A DNA stretch of 11,720 nt. Origin: Octopus sinensis. Lineage: Eukaryota. Numbering within the stretch: position 1 is the first letter of the stretch; the number at the start of each line of letters is the position of its first letter. The position numbers were made by a program, and so were the translations under genes. This document shows, one piece after another, positions 1 through 7,606 of the stretch. The notes under the pieces were generated by a model. The model was not told the origin of the DNA, did no database searches, and worked only from the letters and a program-made list of their open reading frames with translations. The stretch covers positions 1 to 11,720 of the forward strand of contig NW_021826882.1 in NCBI RefSeq assembly GCF_006345805.1, in the 5' to 3' direction.

Positions 1-34
1 TTTGTTGTAAAATCTCGAATAAGACACTCTCGGT

Positions 35-36
<2 letters not shown>

Positions 37-81
<45 letters not shown>
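37..81. repeat. (TG)22 microsatellite
   Basis: Uninterrupted TG run at 37-80. Confidence 0.97.
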
Positions 82-85
<4 letters not shown>

Positions 86-345
86 GAGTATGCTTTTGGT
101 TGTCAAGATGTGTGGTGTATGCGTATGCTATATGTGTGCTTATTTATGTGGTATTACAGGTGACTGAGCCAACAGAATATTGACCTGCTCCTCGAGAACT
201 GCCCACCTCATTTCCAGTAAAGCTGTCAACAGCAATACAGTACGTTGCTTAGTACAACTGACCGTAAATAATTACAACGGAAGGAAGACGGCGGTTGTTG
301 ATTAAAATTTACGGTCGTAAGCAGCAGTAAAACAGTAAAGTATGG

Positions 346-396
346 GTTGTTGTTGTTGTTGTCCTTACTGTTGTTATTGTCGTTGTTGTTGCTGTT
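346..396. repeat. Degenerate (GTT)n/(AAC)n tract, ending in the left TSD copy of SINE-A copy 1
   Basis: gttgttgttgttgtt...gttgttgttgctgtt; TGTTGTTGCTGTT at 384-396 recurs at 771-783. Confidence 0.85.
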
Positions 397-770
397 TATT
401 TGTTTGTTAAGCGAAGCGGTCATCGTCCCAGAGTGTAGTGGGAGAGTCCGAAACGTGGTTCTTTACTATTCGTAAGACCCGCAGAAGAGAAAGCAGGTCA
501 ACCCCCGACACCAAGAGCATCGACGGACGGATGAATGCGCATCCAGGTTCAGCAGTTGTGTAGGAAGTCGGGGACAAGAAACAAGAAGAAAGAGTGAGAG
601 GAAGCTGGAGCGAAAAAGTACAACAGGGGTCGCCACCACCCCCTGCCGGAGCCTCGTGGAGCTTTAGGTGTTTTCGCTCAATAAAGACACATAACGCCTG
701 ATCTAGGAATCGAAACCGCGCTCCTCTGACCGCGAGTTCGCTGCTCTAACCACTGGGCCATTGCGCCTCC
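397..770 (-). mobile_element. tRNA-derived SINE, family A, copy 1 (apparently full length)
   Basis: Minus strand starts GGAGGCGCAATGGCCCAGTGGTTAG with Pol III A box TGGCCCAGTGG (750-760) and B-box-like GGTTTCGATTCC (706-717). 445-770 aligns without gaps to 2714-3039 (27 mismatches in 326 bp, about 92%). A/C-rich 3' tail; 13-bp direct repeats at 384-396 and 771-783. Confidence 0.92.
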
Positions 771-783
771 TGTTGTTGCTGTT

Positions 784-1030
784 GATGACTGACCCAAGTT
801 GGACCTGATCAAACAGACCAGTAATAGAGGTCATTCTTGCAGCGATCAACCAGTATCTTATTTTTATTGATTTTTTATTGGAGGGGGGGTTCTTCTTTCC
901 TTTCAAAAGAGTAGTGTACGAGTACCCTATTTTCCGATATATCCATTTTTTTTAAACGGGTGAAGTTTGAGCTGACGGAGATTCGGCTGCTATTTCCAGC
1001 ACATCGAATGACCACGAAATGTCCTCACGC
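784..1030 (-). mobile_element. Old, degraded interspersed repeat ('host' element) with its (AAC)n end next to SINE-A copy 1
   Basis: Patchy similarity to 3055-3245 (951 tttaaacgggtgaagtttgagctgacggagatt vs 3165 tttaaaacgacagtctttgagttgaagcagatc; gaccacgaaatgt vs cgccacaaaagtgt) and, inverted, to 2109-2125. Orientation is inferred from the (AAC)n tail. Confidence 0.55.
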
Positions 1031-1429
1031 TGGCACGTTATTCCAAACTATGTCACAACACTATGAATTTCCTTTCTACCTCAACCTGGAGTCTACTTGT
1101 TAACATTTCAACTATAAAGAACTTCCCACACTCAGTAGTCTTGCCGACGTCTTGCTTTATACTCTTCGTGTATTTGTCTTTTCTCGATGTGCTGCATAAA
1201 CATGTCATAATCTGACTTGATGCCTGTTGTCCGCCTGTCAATGCTTATGCTCTGATACACACAAACCTACTCGATCAGTACAGTGTCGAAAGCTGATTTT
1301 CATGCAGGCAGCTATCACTTCCCTGCAGTTACAATTTGAGTTTAGGCACAAATTCTACCTGATCGCTAATTGTGTGTACTTATTACCGTACGTCATTTGA
1401 CATCGTATCACCAACTATATATATATATA

Positions 1430-1590
1430 CTGTGTGGTAAGTAGCTTGCTAACCAACCACATGGTTCCGGGTTCAGTCCCACTGCGTGGAATCTTGGGCA
1501 AGTGTCTTCTGCTAGAGCCCCGGGCCGACCAATGTGAGTGGATTTGCTAGACGGAAACTGAAAGAAGCCTGTCGTATATGTATATATATG

Positions 1591-1636
<46 letters not shown>

Positions 1637-1836
1637 TCCTCCTAGCATTGCTTGACAACCGATGCTGGTGTGTTTACGTCCCCGTCACTTAGCGGTTCGG
1701 CTAAAAGAGACCGATAGAATAAGTACTGGGCTTACAAAGAATAAGTCCCGGGGTCGATTTGCTCGACTAAAAGGCGGTGCTCCTGCATGGCCGCAGTCAA
1801 ATGACTGAAACAAGTAAAAGAGAGAGTAAAAAGAGT
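1430..1836 (+). mobile_element. tRNA-derived SINE, family B, slightly 5'-truncated, with internal (TA)n(TG)n tract
   Basis: Partial A box ctgtgtggtaag, B box GGTTCAGTCCC (1470-1480), then CTTGGGCAAGTG; microsatellite at 1575-1632; 3' end aatgactgaaacaagtaaaagag. Homologous to 10847-11241 (1721-1755 vs reverse complement of 10921-10955, 32/35) and to 9408-9597. Confidence 0.92.
1575..1632. repeat. Compound (TA)n(TG)n microsatellite internal to SINE-B
   Basis: tatatgtatatatatgtatatatata followed by a (TG) run; an equivalent tract lies at the same position in the 10847-11241 copy. Confidence 0.95.
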
Positions 1837-2104
1837 ATAGGAAGAGTTTACGAAAGAAACAAAAGACGAAGACAGGTGGTGTACAAAACAAACAGATGTA
1901 TTAGTATAACGCTCAGGAATAGAAAAAGTATTTTATGTTTCGAGCCTACGCTCTTCTACAGAAAGGAACACAGAAAAAAAAACAAGGAGAGAAATAAAGA
2001 GAGAAAAAATGTGTGTAGTGGCTAACGATCTATCATGGCGACTGACTCCATATATATGACTGACATATATATCAAATTATAAATTAGGGTATCTACGAGA
2101 TACC

Positions 2105-2150
2105 ACCATGCTGAAAATAGCAGCCATGATCTGACTCTAAAACCACCATA
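2105..2150 (+). mobile_element. Short remnant of the host repeat, inverted relative to 784-1030
   Basis: TGCTGAAAATAGCAGCC (2109-2125) is the reverse complement of GGCTGCTATTTCCAGCA (985-1001) at 16/17. Confidence 0.5.
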
Positions 2151-2275
2151 ATTGTCCATATATCAACACGGAGAGAAAACAAAGAGACAAGATGAAACTA
2201 GTAAAAAATTACTGGATAATTTTCCATGCTGACCACTTGATAAAATCGTTATTTTTATTTTTAAATTAACAATCT

Positions 2276-2335
2276 TATATATATATATATATATTATAGT
2301 ATATAATATATATATATATAGATATATATATTATA

Positions 2336-2424
<89 letters not shown>

Positions 2425-2434
2425 ATATTATATA
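2276..2434. repeat. Interrupted (TA)n microsatellite, about 160 bp
   Basis: Long TA run with occasional TT, G or A interruptions. Confidence 0.97.
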
Positions 2435-2709
2435 GTTACACAAAAATGGAGAATGCATACACAGAATAATCAATATTTAATAATGTGTAGCATTCTCCAT
2501 TTTCTTTTTATTTTTAAAATGTTTTCCTATATCGAAAAGATGGAAACATCCATAGCGACAACTGCAATTTCAAAAGTATAAAGTACTAATACCAAGGAAG
2601 AACCAACGATAAACACTAATACAGTGACCACGTAAAGACTCACTCATGTATATACATGTTAACATGTGTGTAATATGCTGTTGTGTTTGTTGTTGTTGTT
2701 GTTGCTGTT

Positions 2710-3040
2710 GAGAAGTCCGAAATGTGGTCCTTTGCTATTCGTAAGACCCGCAGAAGAGAAAGCAGGTCAACCCCCGACACCAAGGGCATCGACGGATGGA
2801 TGAATGCGCATCCAGGCTCAGCGGTGGCGTAGGAAGTCGGGGACAAGAAACAGGAAGAAAGAGTGAGAGAAAGTTGGAGCGAAAGAGTACAACAGGGGTC
2901 ACCACCACCACCTGCCGGAGCCTCGTGGAGCTTTAGGTGTTTTCGCTCAATAAACAAACACAACGCCCGGTCTGGGAATCGAAACCGCTATCCTCCGACC
3001 GCGAGTTCGCTGCCCTAACTACTGGGCCATTGCACCTCCA
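2710..3040 (-). mobile_element. tRNA-derived SINE, family A, copy 2 (lacks about 45 bp of the 3' end)
   Basis: About 92% identical to 445-770 over 326 bp with no indels; A-box and B-box motifs present; TGTTGTTGCTGTT at 2697-2709 and 3042-3054. Confidence 0.92.
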
Positions 3041-3054
3041 CTGTTGTTGCTGTT

Positions 3055-3245
3055 AAACACCAGGTCAATCCTAACAGATCGAAGATATTTCAGAGGTTAC
3101 GATTCTGTCCCACAATTTTTCCTTCAACCATTTACCCCAAATGTCTTAAATACCTTCATATTTCTTTAAAACGACAGTCTTTGAGTTGAAGCAGATCTGT
3201 TTCCTTATTTTCTATTAAACAAAGTCGCCACAAAAGTGTTTCTGG
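3055..3245 (-). mobile_element. Second degraded copy of the host repeat, next to SINE-A copy 2
   Basis: ccaggtcaatcctaacagatc resembles ccaagttggacctgatcaaacagacc (794-819); 3165-3240 resembles 951-1030. Confidence 0.5.
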
Positions 3246-3278
3246 CTCTTTTGTATCTGGTCCCTACGTGTTTGTTTT

Positions 3279-3366
3279 GGGCCGAATGGTTTAACATTTC
3301 AGCTTTACAATCATCTCTGCTTCGATCCCACTGTGTAGCATCTTGGAGAAAGTGTCTTTTACGATA
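3279..3366 (+). mobile_element. Degraded SINE head, family B-like
   Basis: ggccgaatggtt (A-box-like); cttcgatcccactgtgtagcatcttggagaaagtgtctttt resembles gttcagtcccactgcgtggaatcttgggcaagtgtcttct (1471-1510). Confidence 0.65.
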
Positions 3367-3368
3367 TC

Positions 3369-3406
3369 GTTGGTTACACTCAAGCTTTTAAAGAGAAATC
3401 GGATTG
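3369..3406. repeat. 38-bp dispersed direct repeat, copy 1
   Basis: GTTGGTTACACTCAAGCTTTTAAAGAGAAATCGGATTG is 37/38 identical to 5164-5201. Confidence 0.9.
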
Positions 3407-3640
3407 AGAGAATGTGAACTGAAACCCGTTAAATGAATCATTCCTACCATTTAAACATTCATCTTTGTCTCACATACACTATATTACACTAGTTCTGCTC
3501 GGATACTTTTTACATATTCATTAAACAACTTATAATCGTCGTCGAAACCGATGGAGATCCATTCATTTACTGTATTATACATAAGGTTGTGTGCGAGCGT
3601 GGGGCAATGCGTCTTATACATGAATGTTTTGATATGCACT

Positions 3641-3818
3641 GTGTGTATGTCCTGCGTGTGTGTGTGTGTGTGTGTGTCTATCTGTTTGTATACATGGTCA
3701 GGCCACATTCACTCCGTAAATGGAGCATGTGTGTGTGTATGTGTGTGTGTGGTGTGTGTGTGTGTGTGTATCTGTCTGTATATATGGTCAGGCCCCATTC
3801 ACTCCGTAAATGGAGCAT
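3641..3818. repeat. Tandem duplication, period 90 bp, of [(TG)n + 50-bp unique block]
   Basis: 3679-3728 vs 3769-3818 is 47/50 identical (tatctgt.tgtata.atggtcaggcc.cattcactccgtaaatggagcat); each block is preceded by a TG tract. Confidence 0.93.
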
Positions 3819-3999
3819 AGGGCCGGTTTCTCGGTTTCCCTGGACGCGGCACCGGTCCCTCGCAAGATTGCTCATTTTAATCAGCTGAATAGACAGGAGC
3901 AACGTGAAAGGAAGTGTTTTGCAACGCATCACCAAGAATCCAAACCACAATCTTAAGATCATGAGCCCAATACCATAACCACTAAGCCATGAGTCTCCA
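3817..3999 (-). mobile_element. tRNA-derived SINE, family D (diverged)
   Basis: Minus strand GGAGACTCATGGCTTAGTGGTTA: A box TGGCTTAGTGG (3979-3989), degenerate B box GGTTTGGATTC; body tttcacgttgctcc...cagctg...aaaatgag...cgtccagggaaaccgagaaaccggccc. The ttcacgttgctcc block resembles 4574-4586. Confidence 0.8.
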
Positions 4000-4005
4000 C
4001 ATGTT

Positions 4006-4010
4006 TGTGT

Positions 4011-4074
<64 letters not shown>
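4006..4074. repeat. (TG)n microsatellite with TGCG interruptions
   Basis: Direct reading. Confidence 0.96.
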
Positions 4075-4470
4075 CTCGTCTGTGACATACACACACGATA
4101 CGTACTACACACATAGATATATCGACCGCCTATTATATATTGTTTTCACGTTGCAGGATCAGTCGTACTGTCACGACATCCATTAGTTAGCTGTCCTCTC
4201 AATATCAGTTATCTCAACGCTGTGTACCAAACATCTGTCGTTCGGTTGCCTTCAAATTCAGTTCAACAGACATCGATGCCTACCCGCTCTACATAACCTA
4301 AGCGCAGTGAGCTTTTGTGATAGCCATCTTCTCGTTTAAGGGTTTCATTTGTCAAAGGTTATTTTAAAAATCTGTTTTTTTTTTTTCACAAACTATCATA
4401 ATTATTATTCATTATTACTCATGTAATTGTTTTCGGTTCACATGTTTATGATTTCTGCTTAAACTTTAAA

Positions 4471-4592
4471 GGGTGCACCAATGTAGCTCAATAGTTTAGA
4501 TGTTGGACTCAAGATCACAAGGTTCAACTCCGAGACCGTGTCATGCTTGGTGGTCTTGAGCAAGGCTCATTATTTCATGTGGCTCCAACTGA
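4471..4592 (+). mobile_element. Degraded tRNA-derived SINE head, family D-like
   Basis: tagctcaatagtttag (A-box-like), GGTTCAACTCC B box (4521-4531), then gtcttgagcaaggc...tatttcatgtggctcca. Confidence 0.65.
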
Positions 4593-4782
4593 AAGTGAAC
4601 TCCACCCGTTTACTGGTGCAGCCTTCTTTTCTCCAAACTGTTAGATCCTCGATGATCCCCTAGCTCAAGTGTAGAAAGGCTGAGATTTCATAGAAACCTT
4701 AAATGACTTGTGAAAGCTTAGTACAAGATATCAGGTCCTACTGTCTTATGAGTGACATTTTTGGTTATTATTTTTTCTTAAT

Positions 4783-4910
4783 GTAGGTACGGCTGTGTGA
4801 TTAAGTCTTCCGCTTTGCTATATATTTTAGGTTCGATCGCACTGTGCAGCATGCAGAACAAGGGTCGTCGATCAAAACTTCAAGCCTTGTTCGATACGGA
4901 ATTTGTGGGT
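4783..4910 (+). mobile_element. Degraded SINE head, family B-like
   Basis: ggctgtgtgattaag (cf. ctgtgtggtaag at 1430), GGTTCGATCGC B-box-like, actgtgcagc (cf. actgcgtgg), aagccttgt...atttg. Confidence 0.6.
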
Positions 4911-5163
4911 AAACCCGCCAAAGCGGTCATCATTATTTGTGGGTGGTAGATTTAATTGATATTCCTATTTAACATCATTTGGTTTTTGGATGTATTGAGT
5001 GGAGTGCATTCTGTTACAAGGAATTCGGTCGCGTCTTCGGTCTAAAGACAACCTTCTCCCCCCTCACTCTCACTAATCTCCCACTAGTCTCAGAACCCTT
5101 TAAAAGTGCCATTGGCGATATTTTACTTCCTCTAATTAGTCTAGTAAAAAAAATTATCAACTT

Positions 5164-5201
5164 GTTGGTTACACTCAAGCTTTTAAAGTGAAATCGGATT
5201 G
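5164..5201. repeat. 38-bp dispersed direct repeat, copy 2
   Basis: 37/38 identical to 3369-3406. Confidence 0.9.
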
Positions 5202-5235
5202 TTACACTCTATCTTTCCTATCAATCATTTGTAAT

Positions 5236-5480
5236 ATGTATGTACACACACACACACACACAGACACACACATGCACGTACATACATAAACATTAATATG
5301 TATAGAGACACACGCGCACGCATACGAACACACAACACACACACATACATACACACTCATATATGTATATACTTCACTTTCATGTATGTAATATATGTGT
5401 ATATGTCTATCTGCATGTGTATGTGGGTGTATGCACGTACACACAAATATACATACATATATGTATACATCCATTACATA

Positions 5481-5522
<42 letters not shown>

Positions 5523-5529
5523 CATATAT
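5236..5529. repeat. Degenerate compound (CA)n/(TA)n microsatellite region
   Basis: Alternating purine-pyrimidine low-complexity tract with pure CA runs at both ends. Confidence 0.92.
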
Positions 5530-5611
5530 GCTAACGATTTTGTCGAAATTTTCTGTCCTAAGCTTCAACCAAGGTTCTTGAAAATAGAAAGTAAACAAAG
5601 TAGAGCGATAA

Positions 5612-5682
5612 ATGTATTCCACTGAACACTCTTGAAGCTCCAGCATAGCCGCGGTTCTATGACTGAGATAAATAAATATATA
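5612..5682 (+). mobile_element. 3' remnant of an old SINE-B copy; insertion target of SINE-C
   Basis: gctccagcatagccgcggttctatgactgagata (5637-5670) vs gctcctgcatggccgcagtcaaatgactgaaaca (1779-1812): 26/34. Confidence 0.7.
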
Positions 5683-6097
5683 TTTCTTTATTACCCACAA
5701 GGGGCTAAACACAGAGGGGACAAACAAGGACAGACAAACGGATTAAGTCGATTATATCGACCCCAGTGCGTAACTGGTACTTAATTTATCGACCCCGAAA
5801 GGATGAAAGGCAAAGTCGACCTCGGCGGAATTTGAACTCAGAACGTAGCGGCAGATGAAATACCTATTTCTTTACTACCCACAAGGGGCTAAACACAGAG
5901 GGGACAAACAAGGACAGACAAACGGATTAAGTCGATTTCATCGACTCCAGTGCGTAACTGGTACTTAATTTATCGACCCCGAAAGGATGAAAGGCAAAGT
6001 AGACTTCGGCGGAATTTGAACTCAGAACGTAGCGGCAGACGAAATACTGTTAAGCATTTCGCCCGGCGTGCTAACGATTCTGCCAGCTCGCCGCCTT
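5683..6097 (-). mobile_element. tRNA-derived SINE, family C, partial dimer (full monomer plus a repeat of its 3' 184 bp), with a 23-bp TSD
   Basis: Minus strand AGGCGGCGAGCTGGCAGAATCGTTAG; B box GAGTTCAAATTCC at 6011-6023 and again at 5827-5839. Units 5681-5864 and 5865-6048 differ at 8/184. Flanks TGACTGAGATA(A/T)ATAAATATATA at 5660-5682 and 6098-6120. Confidence 0.95.
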
Positions 6098-6213
6098 TGA
6101 CTGAGATATATAAATATATACTGGAACAGAACAAAATATTGTGAGCTGGAGGTTATGGCACCAGCAGTGTTTGGGAAATTGTTTCAAGAATCATCCACAT
6201 TTCTAATTTCTAA

Positions 6214-6409
6214 TTAGAAACTGCTTAGCTTTGCTCTGACACATGGAAGCGATACAACTCTGCGGTTGTGCGGGTGGGTGGATTCTGGCATGGGCGAGGC
6301 GGAAGAGCAGGTCATAACAAGATGATGTGCTGTGGTTTGATGTGATGTGATGTAAAGAGTAGACGGAGGAGAGGATGGGGTTGAAAATGATGGATGATTA
6401 TGTCTTACG
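6214..6409 (-). CDS. Weak candidate terminal coding exon: 64-aa Ser/Pro/His/Thr-rich peptide, no recognisable family
   Basis: Minus-strand acceptor gtcttctttcctttttgtcttttgacAG|C at 6410/6409. Only one frame stays open after it (the other two stop within 4 codons), reading VRHNHPSFSTPSSPP...AKLSSF*. No homology recognised and no partner exon identified. Confidence 0.2.
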
Positions 6410-6754
6410 CTGTCAAAAGACAAAAAGGAAAGAAGACACCATTTTTGTATCCAAAGTGACATGTCACCGTAATAGGTCAGAAGCACCAATAGTATAGTAA
6501 TAACAATGAAACGGGTTCAATACCAGCACCAGATAGCGCAACCAAGATTTTAGTTGTATTTCATTTTTTTTTTGTTATTTTTTTTTCATTTTTGTGTTTG
6601 TTTTGATTTATTGCTATATTTTTGTGTATGTGTTTATTCTGTGTATGTATTTACTTTGTGTGTAAATGTTGGACGCGTGAGTATTTCTGTTTTTGCACTA
6701 GTGTGTGGGTATGTATGTACATGTGTTTCTGTTCGTGTGTGAATATGATTACTC

Positions 6755-6860
6755 TGTGTATGTGAGTGTGTATGTGTGTTCTTGTATGTATATTTTTCTT
6801 TGTGTATGTGTGTGTGTGTGTGTACATATCATTCTATCAATCTGTGTGTTTGATGTATCC

Positions 6861-6894
<34 letters not shown>

Positions 6895-7270
6895 ATGTGT
6901 GTTCTTGTATGTATATTTTTCTTTGTGTATATGTGTGTGTGTACATATCACTCTGTTAATCTGTGTGTTTGATGTATCCGTATGTGTGTGTGTGTGTATG
7001 TGTGTTCTTGTATGTATATTTTTCTTTGTGTATATGTGTGTGTGTACATATCACTCTATTAATCTGTGTGTTTGATGTATCCGTATGTGTGTGTGTGTGT
7101 GTGGTTGTGTGTGTGTGTGATTGTGTGTGGTTGTGTGTGTGTGATTGTGTGTATGTGTGTGTGTGTGTGTGTGTGTATGTGTGTTCTTGTATGTATATTT
7201 TTCTTTGTGTATGTGTGTGTGTGTGTGTGTGTACATATCACTCTAATAATCTGTGTGTTTGATGTATCCG

Positions 7271-7302
<32 letters not shown>

Positions 7303-7606
7303 TGCGTATGTGTGTTCTTGTATTATATTTTTCTTTGTGTATATGTGTGTGTGTACATATCACTCTGTTAATCTGTGTGTTTGATGTATCCGTATGTGTG
7401 TGTGTGTGTGCGTATGTGTGTTCTTGTATGTATATTTTTCTTTGTGTATATGTGTGTGTGTACATATCACTCTATTAATCTGTGTGTTTGATGTATCCGT
7501 ATGTGTGTGTGTGTGTGTGTGGTTGTGTGTGTGTGTGATTGTGTGTGGTTGTGTGTGTGTGATTGTGTGTATGTGTGTGTGTGTGTGTGTATGTGTGTGT
7601 GTGTGT

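Noticed and set aside
700-770. tRNA-like sequences (also 2970-3040, 3930-3999, 4471-4531, 6011-6096)
   Set aside because: They have A and B boxes but continue into shared repeat bodies, and I could not pair acceptor stems; these are SINE heads, not tRNA genes.
1053-1241. Minus-strand ORF MTGGQQ... and the overlapping frame ...KSDYDMFMQHIEKRQIHEEYKARRRQDY*
   Set aside because: Short, no polypyrimidine tract before the candidate AG, and no recognisable homology.
2040-2072. Small tandem duplication gactgac(tc)catatatat x2
   Set aside because: Ordinary short slippage product next to a TA run.
2276-2434. Cruciform or Z-DNA potential of the long (TA)n tract and the many (TG)n tracts
   Set aside because: A generic property of such repeats; nothing here singles out a function.
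703-2963. ORFs 703-906, 1685-1891, 1777-2025 and 2640-2963
   Set aside because: They lie largely inside or start within SINE copies; the peptides resemble no known family, and there is no RT, endonuclease or transposase motif.
3484-3580. Protein-looking tail NEWISIGFDDDYKLFNEYVKSIRAELV of the 3484-3708 ORF
   Set aside because: The upstream part is microsatellite, there is no good acceptor, and no family was recognised.
4157-4306. Plus-strand 150-nt exon-like segment (ttttcacgttgcAG|G ... GCA|GTGAGC)
   Set aside because: All three frames contain a stop before the donor, and the donor is only moderate. It could be non-coding, but nothing in the sequence supports that.
6207-6467. Perfect palindromes TTTCTAATTAGAAA (6207-6220) and GTGACATGTCAC (6456-6467) bracketing the candidate exon
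   Set aside because: A few 12-14-bp palindromes can occur by chance in AT-rich DNA of this length; they are unrelated to each other and there is no functional evidence.
6781-7500. Conserved blocks separated by variable spacers, superficially CRISPR-like
   Set aside because: The spacers are (TG)n tracts rather than unique sequence, two different anchors alternate, there are no cas genes, and the context is eukaryotic.
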